Origin: a virus
Virus record (IMG/VR): IMGVR_UViG_3300036791_001056
Location: 64,001 to 128,000 of that record
Strand: one strand, 5' to 3'
Length of the DNA stretch: 64,000 nucleotides
The position numbers were made by a program, and so were the translations under genes. Under the pieces are notes generated by a model, which was not told the origin of the DNA, searched no databases, and saw only the letters and a list, made by a program, of their open reading frames with translations. Shown piece after piece: positions 1-9,856 of this stretch. Positions within the stretch are counted from its first letter, which is position 1. Each line of letters begins with the position of its first letter.

Positions 1-1489
1 GTGTGCCGAGCTGGACCAGCCCGGTGCTTACTGCTGAGCCGCCAGCGACTAGCGCGGCCTCAGCCACGTTAAACGGGTTGCTCGACGTAGGTGACCCGTT
101 CAGCGACACGATCAGCGCAGCGAACGCTGAGGTGGCGGGAGGCGTGATCCCGGTAAAGGACACGAACGTCCACGTTCCCGCGCTCAGCGGGATGTTACTG
201 CCCGTGGAGGTGCTGATCGGGCTGCCGCCCGCTGTGAACCAGTTGACTTGGATGTGCGCGCCGTTCGCCCAGCCTCCGGGTGAGTTGACCCACGCTGACC
301 CGCTGTACGTGCTGTTCACGCTGACGGCCACCCGCTCAGAAACCGCCGCTGACGCACCTGCACTGGGTGTGACCAGCATCGATGAGTACGCGATCGCGTT
401 CACACCGGTCGCGAATGTGGGTGAAGATACCTGTGTGATGATCACGCCGCCAGCCCCTGCTGACCACGGCGCCAGGCCTGACTGAAAGCTCATGTTCGCG
501 TTCAGCGCGTTCGAGTAGAACGGCGATCCCACGTTCGTGGGATTGAACGCACCAGTCAGGTTGCTCAGCGCAATGTTGAGTGTTCCCGCCTCGGGCTGCG
601 ACAGCTCGTACTGCCGGCCCCGTGAGATCTCGATGCTGGCGACATCGTTCCCAGCCAGCGTGTACGAGGTAATGTCCGTCCACGCGGTGTCGGTGATCCC
701 AGTCGTCGCGTCGCCCGGGACAGCACCGAGAGCCAGCTCAGTCTTGATGACCGGGAAGTTCGGGTTGCCCGTCACTGGTGTGAACGTGGCCTGGCTGATG
801 CCTACCATCACTCCGGCGGCGTATGACGACGCGACGGTCCACGATCCGGTCACCGCTGTATTAGCTGCTACGGTCGCGTACGCGTTGGCTGCCCAGATCT
901 CCGCTGGTGCTGCTGCGCCGCTGCTGCCTTGCGAGTCTACCGTGAACGGCGCGCCGGGACCGGTTATGCTTGAGGTAACTGTGGCAGCCGCGAGCGAGAA
1001 GACGTAATCAGCTGTGCTCGTTGTGGCGGTCAGCGGAATGGACGTAACTGCGCCGTTAGTGCCCGAGCTGAATGTGGTAATGAAGTCGATCTGAGGCGCA
1101 TAGCCGTACGGCACACCTGAGAACTCGCTCAGCTGCCATGTGGCTGACGCGGTGTAGCCCTGCAGGGCGAATGACACCCATCCGTTCGCCGTTGCGGCGG
1201 GAATGGCCAGCGGGTTGCTGCACATCCAGATCGCGCAACGTGCCGCAGAGCCAGTGTTGCCCGAGTCACCGATCAGCTGCCACCAGTTGCCCTGCGAGTC
1301 AGCTACGCTGGATGCCGGCACAGTCCCAGCGAATCCCACGTCTTGCGCTGACGTGTTCCACACGCCGAACAAGATCAGCAGGTTGCCCTCAGCGTTTCCC
1401 GGCACCGTGGAGTACGGACCGATCCCGCTGACGTTGCCGTTGACGCCGAACCCGAATGGCGGCCAGTCACTCACGAGGGTCAGCGCCAC
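1..1489 (-). CDS. Minor tail protein (partial, runs off window edge)
   Basis: GTG at 1489 just after the tape measure stop. I read the frame as MALTLVSDWPPFGFG...WTDITSY...ISRGRQYELSQPEAGTLNIALSN; the WTDIT/RGRQ.EL..EAG motif is typical of actinophage tail proteins following tape measure. Absent from the ORF track, presumably because its stop lies outside the window. Confidence 0.75.
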   Translation of the reverse strand, partial: MALTLVSDWPPFGFGVNGNVSGIGPYSTVPGNAEGNLLILFGVWNTSAQDVGFAGTVPASSVADSQGNWWQLIGDSGNTGSAARCAIWMCSNPLAIPAATANGWVSFALQGYTASATWQLSEFSGVPYGYAPQIDFITTFSSGTNGAVTSIPLTATTSTADYVFSLAAATVTSSITGPGAPFTVDSQGSSGAAAPAEIWAANAYATVAANTAVTGSWTVASSYAAGVMVGISQATFTPVTGNPNFPVIKTELALGAVPGDATTGITDTAWTDITSYTLAGNDVASIEISRGRQYELSQPEAGTLNIALSNLTGAFNPTNVGSPFYSNALNANMSFQSGLAPWSAGAGGVIITQVSSPTFATGVNAIAYSSMLVTPSAGASAAVSERVAVSVNSTYSGSAWVNSPGGWANGAHIQVNWFTAGGSPISTSTGSNIPLSAGTWTFVSFTGITPPATSAFAALIVSLNGSPTSSNPFNVAEAALVAGGSAVSTGLVQLGT

Positions 1490-1492
1490 GAC

Positions 1493-4400
1493 TCAGAGCC
1501 CCAATCCCGGCTTCAGTGTCCCAGTGACCACGCCGCTGTTGCGGATGTTGTACCGGTACGACTCCTGCTTGACGAACGTGAAGAGCGCCTGTTCGTTGAT
1601 CTTACCATCCACCTTGATGGCTTGGTGAACGACCAGCACCTGGGGACCGGACATTGAGCCGGTGATCACTCCTGGCGGGACGGCCGTTGCCGGGCTGCCG
1701 GTCACGCTGACGCTGAGGCTGCCACCGCCACTGGTCAGCCCCATGTCACGCAGGTGCTGCAGGTGCTTTTCGTGCAAGATGTGCCAGTAGTGATCAAACT
1801 GCGCGACCAGCCGGCTCATCTGAGTCTCTACAATGTGTCTCATCGGGCCAAAGGAGTTCTGCAGCTGAGCGGTCAGTGACTGCGCCATCGCCTTCATCTG
1901 CGCCAGTACCCGGCCCGCGCTGCCGCTGATGCCGATGCGCAGCCCGTCCATCAGCCAGATGCCGGCCTGCGTGAACAGCTTAGACGGTGACCCGAAGCCG
2001 AAGAAGTGCTTAGCAGCTCCCCACAGGCTCGAGCCAACTGACTGGATCGCACTGGCAGCTGCGCCAGCCATGGAGGTAATGCCGTTGATGAGTCCCTGGA
2101 TGATGGCCCTGCCCGCGCTGAGCAGCAAAGTGCCAAACCCGCTGGCGATGGTCGTGATGATGTTGACAATGGCGTGGAACGCCGTGCTGGTGAGCGTCTT
2201 CATGTCATTGAAGGCCTTGCTCCAGTGCCCGGTGATTATGTCCAGGATCGTGCCCACTATCCCGAGCATGATGCTCAGCCCGCTCTGGATAGCGATCTTG
2301 ATCAAGTTAACCGCGGTCTGGACCACGCCCTTGATGATGTCCCACGCAGCGCGGAACAGGCCCTTCAGCACATCGAGCGCCGCGGTGGTGATCCCATTGA
2401 TCAGTCCCCAGGCAACCTTAGCAACCCCGCTGATCACGCCCCACACGTTCTTCCACATGCTCTCCAGCGCACCAGTGCCGCCGCGCAAGAAGCTCATGAT
2501 GCCGCTCCACGCGGTGGTGATTATGGCGTGGATTACCTTCCACGCCACCCGCATGACGGTGGCCATCTCTTGCGCGTGCGCTGACCACCACGGATCGAAG
2601 ATGCCCATGATCATGCTCTTGATGCCGCTGAACAGGCGCACCACCGGAGCGATGAGCGCGCCCCAGATCGGGTTCCACGCAGCTGGCACTGCCTTGGTCA
2701 GGTAACTGGCGACGGCGGTCCAAGCGACTTGCATGGCGTGCGGCAGAGAGTTCTTGAACCAGTCGAAGACCCCGTCCCACGCCGCCATGAACGCGTGCTC
2801 CACCTGCCCCCACAGGCCGGGCTTGCCGAGGTTGGCCACTGCTTGAGATGTGCTCGCCAGCTTATCGCGGATCCTGGTCAGGGGCTTCTCGCCCGCTGAC
2901 ACCGTCTCCCACAGCTTGGTGGCCTGCGCGGAGCTCAGGCCCATGGACTCGGCCCAGCCCACGAAGTGTGCCTCAGCGCTCTTACTGTTCTTGTCGATGG
3001 ACAGGAACATCTCCGCCACCTGCCGGCCGGCCACGATTGTCTGGGCGCTGTTCGGGCCGAACTTGATCAGCTTGTCCGCGAAGTCGGTGAGCGTCTTCTG
3101 CCCGCCGAGCGCCGTCAGCGTCGCCTGCGCCAGCGCGGGATTGAGGTCGCTCTGCAGCGTGTTGCCGAGCAGTGCTGCGTCTCGGCTGAGGTTGGACGCT
3201 CCGACGGTCGCCTGCATCGAGGCGTTGTACAGCTGCAGCAGCGGGTTCTTGGTAGTCCCAGCCCAGCGGCTCAGCGCCTGCAGGTTGGTGCTGGCCGGCC
3301 CGCCCGCCTCCTGCGCGAGCGCGCTGATCTCAGCCGCAGCGGCCTTGTTGCCGCCGGCCAGCGGGACCAGCGCGGACACGGCGTTCTTGACGAACTTCGT
3401 GAAGTTGCCCAGCCCGCCGCTGACCGCCTGCGCGCTGCGGAACGCGTCGAACGTCTGCTGGACGTTCTGGTAGACCGACTGGAACTGCTGCTGCAGCGTG
3501 ACGGCGCTGCCACCGAGCCCAGTCATGGCGGCGCCCGCGGTGCCAGCATTCTTAGCGAACGTCTGCAGTCCGGACGCCAGCGTGAGAATGGTGTCCACCG
3601 GCCCGGAGACGATCTTAGTGAATGAGTCCCACGCTGAGTTGATGCTCTGCATCGACTTCAGCTGACTGGACTCGCTCACCAGCAGGGCGTTCATGTCGCC
3701 GCCGATGGCACCGAGCTGCTGTCCCATTGCTTGATATCCGCTGATCAGCCCGTGAACCTGCTCCTTGTCAGCCGCCCAGACTTGACCTTGCTTAGTAAAC
3801 AAGTCAGACGCCTTAACGCCTGCAGTCTGCAGCAGCGCCAGTGCCTGGGGCATGCTGATGCCGTACGCCCTCTGCAGAGCGCCCACGTGCTGCAGCTCCA
3901 TCTGCAGCTTGCCACTCAGGTCAGCTTGGTTGTTAGCCAGCTCAGTGACGTTGCCGGTAGCAGTCTTCTGTGAGTACGCCAGCTCTTGCGTGTTCCGCGC
4001 CAGCGCAGAGACGGTGGTACCGAGCATGTTGAGGTTGCTGGCGGCCTCGACCGACTTGTTCAGCGAGCTGATCCACCGCTGCGTTGTGTCCGGCATCATG
4101 CCTAGGTACACGCCGACGCCGGCGATCGCGGCCGCCAGCAGCGTGAACCACACAACTGGCCCGCCCGGCAGCGCAGCGGCGAGCCCGGACAGCCCCTTGG
4201 CAAAGATCCCAGCCTTGGCGCCGCCCTCCGCGAATGACGTGCCCGCCTTAGCCGCTGCCTCCTCAGCGCTGACGGCTGACTTGCCGGTTCCCAGGAACGC
4301 CAGCGCCAGGTTAGCGGCTCCCTGCGCGCCGCCCTCCAGGTCCTTGGTGAGCGCGCTCAACCCCTCAGCGCTGCCCGTGGTCTTAGCGGCCAGGTCCTCG

Positions 4401-5929
4401 ATCGCGACGCCGCTCTTACTCGCCGCGGTGGCAAAGTTAGCGACGTCTTGAGCGCCCACGCCCAGCGCGGCTGCCGCGGCCTCAACCTCGGGTGCCTTGG
4501 AGACCAGCTTGGCCAGGTTCGCGTCCGAGACCTCAAACGCCTGTGCCATCTGGTAAGCGCCTGGCACGCCGTTGGCAATGTCAGCGGCGATGTTCCGCAG
4601 CGCGGGAGATGCACTGCCCATGTGCGCGATCTGGTCAGTGGTCGCGCCGAGGCCGCCTGCCAGCCGAGTCATTGCTGCATTCAGTGGCCCGATGTTGCCG
4701 AGCGCCTGAACCAGCACCATCGCGAAGTTCCGCAACTGCGTGACCGCCAGCCCACCCCACAGCGCGACGCCGTGCAGTGCGACAAACAGGGTGAGCAAGG
4801 GCTGCGGGATCCGGCCGATGATGGTCAGCACCTTGGACGCGGCTGCGAAGATCCCGAGCAAGATCTCCGCGATGTGCGTCTGCATCGCGGCCTGCCCGAC
4901 CTTCATCAGCACGCTGAACACGTTGCCGAGGATCTGCCCGAACAGCTGGAGGTCCTTGATGCCGGCCGCGAAGAACGCGGCCAGTCCCTTGCCCGTGGAC
5001 GCCTGCATGTGAACGGCCAGCCGCGCAAAGAGGTGATCCAGATACTGGCCCGTCTCAGCGATGAGCTTATTCAGCACGCCAGTGCTGTGGCTGGTCGCGT
5101 CCAGGTACTCGCCGAGCAGCTCGAACACCTGTGGGCGCACGGCGTCGCTGAGCGCCTGGAAGTTCCCAGTCAGCGGCTTGACGGTCGTGTTCAGCGCACT
5201 GCTGACGGTTGCAATGTTCTTAAACTGCTCGTAGACCTGCATGCCCGACTGGACAGCAGCGACTCCCCACGCCAGCAGCCCCGCCGTGGCGGTGAATACT
5301 GCTGGGATGAACACCGCCAGGAACTCCATGACAGCGTGCAGCACCAGCTCGATGCCAGATACAGTGCCCAATATGGGCAGTGAGCCGAAGATTCCGGCTG
5401 AGAGCTGGAAGTGCTTCGTCCAGAAGCTCGTGGCTTGCGCAGCGTGATTGGCAGACTGCGCGACCGCCTCTTGCGCCTTAGCGATCTTATTCATCGCACT
5501 GATGATCGCTGATGACTCATTGGTGTTGGCCTTGGCTGCCGCCGTCTCGGCAACTTGCGCTGCTGCCGCTCGGTACGCCTCGTCCTCGATGTGCCGAAGC
5601 GCGGCGGCCTGCGCCTCGAGCGCCATTGTGTCCGTTACTGCCGAGTCACGCTGGCGGTCCGTCTCGCGCACCGCGGCAGCCGTCGCCTCACTCAGGTGAG
5701 TCTCAGCGTCTGCCGTGTTCTGCGCAGCGTTCGCCGCGGCCTGCAGCGCCTCCTTGGCCTCGGCACCCGCCGTCAGCGTCTGCTCACCGAACTGCTGGAT
5801 GTCGTGCGTGGTCCGGTCCACCGCTACCTGAAGGCTGCGGAGAGCCTCGATGCAGTCATTAACCGGCCCGATGAGCTCTCGGACGTTTGCGATGAAGTCA
5901 ACGATGACGGGAGGCAGCTCACCGGCCAC
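1493..5929 (-). CDS. Tape measure protein
   Basis: 1478 aa, Ala-rich helical with periodic Trp/Phe repeats, C-terminal SPSKLF motif; lies downstream of the tail chaperones. Confidence 0.95.
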   Translation of the reverse strand: MAGELPPVIVDFIANVRELIGPVNDCIEALRSLQVAVDRTTHDIQQFGEQTLTAGAEAKEALQAAANAAQNTADAETHLSEATAAAVRETDRQRDSAVTDTMALEAQAAALRHIEDEAYRAAAAQVAETAAAKANTNESSAIISAMNKIAKAQEAVAQSANHAAQATSFWTKHFQLSAGIFGSLPILGTVSGIELVLHAVMEFLAVFIPAVFTATAGLLAWGVAAVQSGMQVYEQFKNIATVSSALNTTVKPLTGNFQALSDAVRPQVFELLGEYLDATSHSTGVLNKLIAETGQYLDHLFARLAVHMQASTGKGLAAFFAAGIKDLQLFGQILGNVFSVLMKVGQAAMQTHIAEILLGIFAAASKVLTIIGRIPQPLLTLFVALHGVALWGGLAVTQLRNFAMVLVQALGNIGPLNAAMTRLAGGLGATTDQIAHMGSASPALRNIAADIANGVPGAYQMAQAFEVSDANLAKLVSKAPEVEAAAAALGVGAQDVANFATAASKSGVAIEDLAAKTTGSAEGLSALTKDLEGGAQGAANLALAFLGTGKSAVSAEEAAAKAGTSFAEGGAKAGIFAKGLSGLAAALPGGPVVWFTLLAAAIAGVGVYLGMMPDTTQRWISSLNKSVEAASNLNMLGTTVSALARNTQELAYSQKTATGNVTELANNQADLSGKLQMELQHVGALQRAYGISMPQALALLQTAGVKASDLFTKQGQVWAADKEQVHGLISGYQAMGQQLGAIGGDMNALLVSESSQLKSMQSINSAWDSFTKIVSGPVDTILTLASGLQTFAKNAGTAGAAMTGLGGSAVTLQQQFQSVYQNVQQTFDAFRSAQAVSGGLGNFTKFVKNAVSALVPLAGGNKAAAAEISALAQEAGGPASTNLQALSRWAGTTKNPLLQLYNASMQATVGASNLSRDAALLGNTLQSDLNPALAQATLTALGGQKTLTDFADKLIKFGPNSAQTIVAGRQVAEMFLSIDKNSKSAEAHFVGWAESMGLSSAQATKLWETVSAGEKPLTRIRDKLASTSQAVANLGKPGLWGQVEHAFMAAWDGVFDWFKNSLPHAMQVAWTAVASYLTKAVPAAWNPIWGALIAPVVRLFSGIKSMIMGIFDPWWSAHAQEMATVMRVAWKVIHAIITTAWSGIMSFLRGGTGALESMWKNVWGVISGVAKVAWGLINGITTAALDVLKGLFRAAWDIIKGVVQTAVNLIKIAIQSGLSIMLGIVGTILDIITGHWSKAFNDMKTLTSTAFHAIVNIITTIASGFGTLLLSAGRAIIQGLINGITSMAGAAASAIQSVGSSLWGAAKHFFGFGSPSKLFTQAGIWLMDGLRIGISGSAGRVLAQMKAMAQSLTAQLQNSFGPMRHIVETQMSRLVAQFDHYWHILHEKHLQHLRDMGLTSGGGSLSVSVTGSPATAVPPGVITGSMSGPQVLVVHQAIKVDGKINEQALFTFVKQESYRYNIRNSGVVTGTLKPGLGL

Positions 5930-5949
5930 GAGTCACCTCCATCACCAGT

Positions 5950-5978
5950 TAGACATCATCTAGCGCTCGTGGTATAGT
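5950..5978 (+). promoter_or_regulatory. Sigma70-type promoter of antisense cassette (TAGACA-17-TATAGT)
   Basis: Matches the repeated cassette promoter; ATG at 5986 lies 7 nt downstream (leaderless 41-aa ORF 5986..6111). Confidence 0.75.
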
Positions 5979-6031
5979 AAGTCTCATGACGACCTGGGAA
6001 CCTACCGGCCGCGGCGGTCTCAGGGCGGCGA

Positions 6032-6103
6032 ACCGGGGTAGCTCAGCAGCAGAGCACCACCCGAACGCGGTGGAGGCCGGTGGTTCGAGTCCACCCCCCG
6101 GTG
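6032..6103 (+). tRNA. tRNA-like cloverleaf (degenerate; anticodon position reads AAC)
   Basis: Acceptor ACCGGGG/CCCCGGT, D stem GCTC/GAGC, anticodon stem CCACC/GGTGG with loop CGAACGC, T arm GGTGG-TTCGAGT-CCACC. Lacks D-loop GG, U33 and encoded CCA. Confidence 0.7.
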
Positions 6104-6493
6104 CGAGTTAGGTGGGCCGAGCGGCTCGGCCTGCCAAAGTGCCCGTACCTCATCCGGTGGTCAGCTGAGACATCAGCTGGCTCGCTGCGCGTGCATCACT
6201 GGCTCGCCCCGGATGATGAGCGCGCGTTCCACGATCATCCGTGGTGGTTCATCACGATCGTAGTGCGCGGTAACTACGCTGATCACAGTCCGGCGGGCGT
6301 TGATCACCTGCGCACCGGCTCTGTCCGGCTTCGGCGCGCGCTGCATCAGCACACCGTCGTCCCGGACGCGCGCGGCGCGTGGACCGTTGTGATTACCGGG
6401 CCTAAGTCACGCAGCTGGGGGTTCTGGCTGGGCGGCAAGTTCCGGAAGGCCAACAAGTGGTTTGCCACTTACGGTCATCATCCCTGCAGTTAA
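6080..6493 (+). CDS. Cupin-like protein
   Basis: HDHPW motif plus downstream H and W.F motifs, typical of small phage cupin-fold proteins; start uncertain. Confidence 0.7.
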   Translation: MVRVHPPVRVRWAERLGLPKCPYLIRWSAETSAGSLRVHHWLAPDDERAFHDHPWWFITIVVRGNYADHSPAGVDHLRTGSVRLRRALHQHTVVPDARGAWTVVITGPKSRSWGFWLGGKFRKANKWFATYGHHPCS

Positions 6494-6529
6494 TCACATC
6501 AACCCACTCATACACACAGGTGAAAGGAA

Positions 6530-6694
6530 GTGCGTAAGGTATGGCAAAGATGCGAGTGCCGGGTCAAGCACACAGACAAGAACGGGCGTCCCACCGCGTG
6601 CGATGAGCTGTTCTCGCAGCGCGGGTCAGATTACCGAGACTGCTTCTGGTGCTGGCTGAAGAATCATCCCACACCGGTCAAGCATCTCGGGTGA
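6530..6694 (+). CDS. Small Cys-rich hypothetical protein (54 aa)
   Basis: MRKVWQRCECRVKH...CDELF...CFWCWLK; GAAAGGA upstream but spacing is short. Confidence 0.45.
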   Translation: MRKVWQRCECRVKHTDKNGRPTACDELFSQRGSDYRDCFWCWLKNHPTPVKHLG

Positions 6695-6709
6695 TTGTTA
6701 GCGTGCTGG

Positions 6710-7144
6710 TCACAGTCCTGTGTACTGCCGGAACACCTTGATGGCTGCGTCTCGCGCTGCGCTGCTGTGCCGCCGGATGGCTGGCCTGACGTATGGGCGT
6801 GGTGGCAGGTGAGACCGGTGCCCGCGTCCCGTCCAGCCTCCGAGCTCTTGAATGCGGGCGTAAACGGTCGTGGGAGCCACCCGGGCGGTCCACTGGTACG
6901 GCCCGCTGGGGTACAGCCGAGTCCGCCGTACTGACCCGCGCAGGCGCCCGCTGATGAGTGACGGCGGATCTACGCCGCCCTGTGACGGCGTCTTAGTTCC
7001 CGCTGGGTGCGAGCTGCGGCTGAGCTCAGCCTTGATGGCGCGCTCACCGACCGCGCCCATCGTGATGGCCATCTGCCGCGTGGACTCGGCGGCGCGCGCC
7101 TGAACCTGTCGCAGCGCGGCCTCGAGCGCGTCGATGCTTGCCAT
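6710..7144 (-). CDS. HK97 gp10-like neck/tail completion protein
   Basis: SGRLRGSV, YARIQELGG and PPRPYVRPA motifs. Confidence 0.85.
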   Translation of the reverse strand: MASIDALEAALRQVQARAAESTRQMAITMGAVGERAIKAELSRSSHPAGTKTPSQGGVDPPSLISGRLRGSVRRTRLYPSGPYQWTARVAPTTVYARIQELGGWTGRGHRSHLPPRPYVRPAIRRHSSAARDAAIKVFRQYTGL

Positions 7145-7779
7145 CTACCCTCCCCGGCGCGCTGATCGCTGGGCATCGCGCGCCTTCTTAGCCTCTGCCT
7201 CATTCTGCGCCTGCTCGATCGCGGGCCACCACGTGACCGCGTCCAGTGACGCATTGTCGGTCATCTCCTCGGTGAACCCGTACATCTTCGCAAAGAACCG
7301 CTTAGTGAGCGTCTCCGGCGGCATGCTGGTGGGCAGGGGCAGGCTGTACTTCCCCTCGCTCAGGAAGAGACCGCGGAGTCGGACAGCATCCTGAGGTTTG
7401 GGGCCTGCATCACCTTCTCCAGCATAGGAGCGATGGTCTTCTCGAGCTCGTTGTAATCGTCGAGATCCAGCGCGTCGCCAAACGCGTCGCGGACGTGCTC
7501 GTGCCAGGCAGCCGAGCTGCCCACGCACTGCGGGCACGTGTGCTGGCTGGGCAGCGGGTCATCGAGCGACCACGCCTCCACGAGGCGCGCCAGCAGCGCG
7601 GTCTCCATGAGGGCGAGGATGCCGCCGCTGGCGGAGCCGTCAGCGGACGCGCGGATGACGTTCTGGACCGAGAACTTGTCCTTGGCCTTGAGAGCTGTGC
7701 GCAGCTCCACCGTTGCGCCGCTCGGCAGCGAAACTTCCATGTAATGTCCCATCTTGTTGAGGAGCAGCGTGACTCCCAT
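7145..7779 (-). CDS. Tail assembly chaperones G (7360..7779) and GT via programmed -1 frameshift
   Basis: Slippery heptamer C-CCA-AAC at 7402..7396; the -1 frame continues PQDAVRLRGLF to the stop at 7145; lies between tail tube and tape measure. Confidence 0.85.
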
Positions 7780-7791
7780 CAGCGCTCCTTG

Positions 7792-7855
7792 TTTACATCA
7801 GTGTAGGAGTGTGGTAGAGTTACTACTAGTTGGACAACTCCACAGAGGAACGGAG
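7792..7855 (+). promoter_or_regulatory. Cassette promoter TTTACA-17-TAGAGT plus AGGAACGGAG leader box
   Basis: Direct match to the repeated motif. Confidence 0.8.
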
Positions 7856-7861
7856 CCGAGG

Positions 7862-8206
7862 ATGACAACAGGCACGCAGACCCGCGAGGCAGGCATTAGG
7901 TGCGGGCACTGCAAGGGCCGGCACCAGAGCGTCGCAGCAGTTAAAGTCTGCTACGACACGCGGGACTGCATCTGGCAGATCCCAGCCGCTCCCGGGTACA
8001 TGACCGGAAGCTACAGTGTGGTCCAGTCCATCGATGAGGCGATCGCCGAAGCCGAAGACTTCGCGGCCCAGCAGGCCGGCGAGATCTGGGCCGAGAACGC
8101 CATCGAACGTCACTACGAGGGCTGGTACCGGATGCCCGACCGCGAGGAGGAGCTCGAGCGGCGGGCGGAGAGCAGCGGAACCCCCATCCCACTCGGTTTT
8201 TACTGA
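7862..8206 (+). CDS. Hypothetical Zn-finger protein
   Basis: Start reassigned to ATG 7862, downstream of the promoter; CGHC...H...C motif. Confidence 0.7.
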   Translation: MTTGTQTREAGIRCGHCKGRHQSVAAVKVCYDTRDCIWQIPAAPGYMTGSYSVVQSIDEAIAEAEDFAAQQAGEIWAENAIERHYEGWYRMPDREEELERRAESSGTPIPLGFY

Positions 8207-8220
8207 TCGGTCCCCACCCC

Positions 8221-8249
8221 AGTGCCCGCGCTCTCACAGCGCGGGCGCT
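8221..8249 (+). terminator. Hairpin terminator
   Basis: AGTGCCCGCGCT-CTCAC-AGCGCGGGCGCT immediately after the stop. Confidence 0.55.
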
Positions 8250-8254
8250 GCTGG

Positions 8255-8300
8255 TTTACATCACACCAGTGATGTGGTATGATTTAGATCAGGAACAGAG
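8255..8300 (+). promoter_or_regulatory. Cassette promoter TTTACA-17-TATGAT with perfect palindrome ACATCAC-N4-GTGATGT and AGGAACAGAG box
   Basis: Seen directly. Confidence 0.85.
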
Positions 8301-8332
8301 CAGAGGAGGCACCATAAGGGGAGAGGTGCGCA

Positions 8333-8572
8333 ATGAACATCACCATTAAGAACCGGAAGTGCCCGGACTGCGGGCGCACCTTCGATCACCAGTGGTCACG
8401 CTCGTGCCCAGCCTGCGCTGTCCAGCGCCAGCGTCACTCTAAAGAGTGGCGAGAGTTCTGCCGCGTGATGGGTGGCCCGTGGTGGGATGAGTTCGATGAG
8501 TGGCTGGCGGATCACGTCACCGCTGAGTGCAAGTGGTGCCAGCGCACGCTTAGTACGTCGGCACGTTGTTGA
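8333..8572 (+). CDS. Small Zn-ribbon protein
   Basis: CPDC...CPAC...CKWC; RBS GAGAGG. Confidence 0.65.
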   Translation: MNITIKNRKCPDCGRTFDHQWSRSCPACAVQRQRHSKEWREFCRVMGGPWWDEFDEWLADHVTAECKWCQRTLSTSARC

Positions 8573-9821
8573 TCAGCGTGATCGTCATCGGGCCGAGGCC
8601 GCCCGAGCCGCCCGCGTCGGTGACGTTGGCCACGCACTGGATCTCATCCTCGTAGCCCATGAGGACCGCGGTCCGGTTGGGCTTAGCCTTGATGTATCCC
8701 GCGACGGAGCTCGTGATGTTGCACTGGATGTTGGCCGTGCCTGCCAGCCCGTTGTTCAAGTTGACGGTCATCGTTGGCTGCGTGTTGTTGAGCATGTTCA
8801 GCAGTGCGGTCTCGTCCGTGGCCACGGTGTAGTGCAGCGTCGCGGTCGCGTCGAGCGAGCCCCGGCCGATGACGAACGGTGACTGCGTGCCCTGCGCCGT
8901 CCAGTAGACCTGCAGCTCGCGCTTGACGCTGAAGCTCCACTCACCGGCCTGCGTCATCGCGCTGCCGCCGATGTTGATGTTGGTCTGCCACGAGGGGACC
9001 GGGACCACGCTGGACGGCAGGTTGACAGGTGCCGTTGTGCCGCTGGCGGGCACGCTCAGCCAGCTGTTCCCGGACACCTTGACCTGGAAGAGCTGCTCAG
9101 TGTTGCCCGTCAGGTCCAGCTGGCTGACGCAGAGGTACGGGTATGACCGAGCACCGGTGACCGCGGTGATGCCGGTGTAGTCGGTCGCGCAGTGAACGGG
9201 CGGCTGGCCGGTGCCGAGCCACGAGCCGGTGTTGAGGATCGCAAAGCGGTGGGTGTACGGGCCGGTGACGGTGAACACGCTGCCCGCCACGTGGCTGAAC
9301 CGCAGCGGCGTGCTGGTGAAGTTGATCACCGATCCGGGCGCGGTGCCGCTCAGCACCACCACCTCGGCGATCGATCCCTGCCCGATCTGGACGATGCTGT
9401 TCGCCGAGTAGCCCGCGATTGATGACAGCGTGCCGGTGGTCGCGCCCGACACAGCGGTGCCGGTCAGCGTGGTCCCGTTCGCAGGCGATGTGCCCACGGT
9501 CGAGAGGTCACCAAAGGTGTTGTCGAAGAAGTACCCCTCAATGTCACCGTAAAACGGGCCACCGTACGAGAACGACGCGTCTTCCGGGCCCTGGATGAGG
9601 CTGTACACCTGAGCCATGCTGCCTCTGATGGCCGTGTCCAGCAACCAGTGAGGGGTGTCCTCTGGTTCATAGGTGCTCTTGTCCAAAGGGATTGTACTGG
9701 CCATGCCAGTAATCCCAGGATACGTATTAGGAAGATCTGCGTTTCCGGGCACTAGAGACCGCGTGAGTCCCAGAAACGTAAGATTGCTGGGATGCACCGC
9801 CAGCAATGATGCAGCAGTCAC
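8550..9821 (-). CDS. Major tail (tube) protein
   Basis: 423 aa, beta-rich Thr/Gly; upstream of the chaperones; C-terminal ITLIN motif. Confidence 0.85.
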   Translation of the reverse strand: MTAASLLAVHPSNLTFLGLTRSLVPGNADLPNTYPGITGMASTIPLDKSTYEPEDTPHWLLDTAIRGSMAQVYSLIQGPEDASFSYGGPFYGDIEGYFFDNTFGDLSTVGTSPANGTTLTGTAVSGATTGTLSSIAGYSANSIVQIGQGSIAEVVVLSGTAPGSVINFTSTPLRFSHVAGSVFTVTGPYTHRFAILNTGSWLGTGQPPVHCATDYTGITAVTGARSYPYLCVSQLDLTGNTEQLFQVKVSGNSWLSVPASGTTAPVNLPSSVVPVPSWQTNINIGGSAMTQAGEWSFSVKRELQVYWTAQGTQSPFVIGRGSLDATATLHYTVATDETALLNMLNNTQPTMTVNLNNGLAGTANIQCNITSSVAGYIKAKPNRTAVLMGYEDEIQCVANVTDAGGSGGLGPMTITLINNVPTY

Positions 9822-9856
9822 GGTTACCCGTCCTTCTTCGTGATATAATTATTAAT

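Noticed and set aside
1929-5977. Many long plus-strand ORFs opposite tape measure (also opposite portal, protease and 38082-40317)
   Set aside because: Shadow ORFs of high-GC coding sequence; no RBS, promoter or protein motifs
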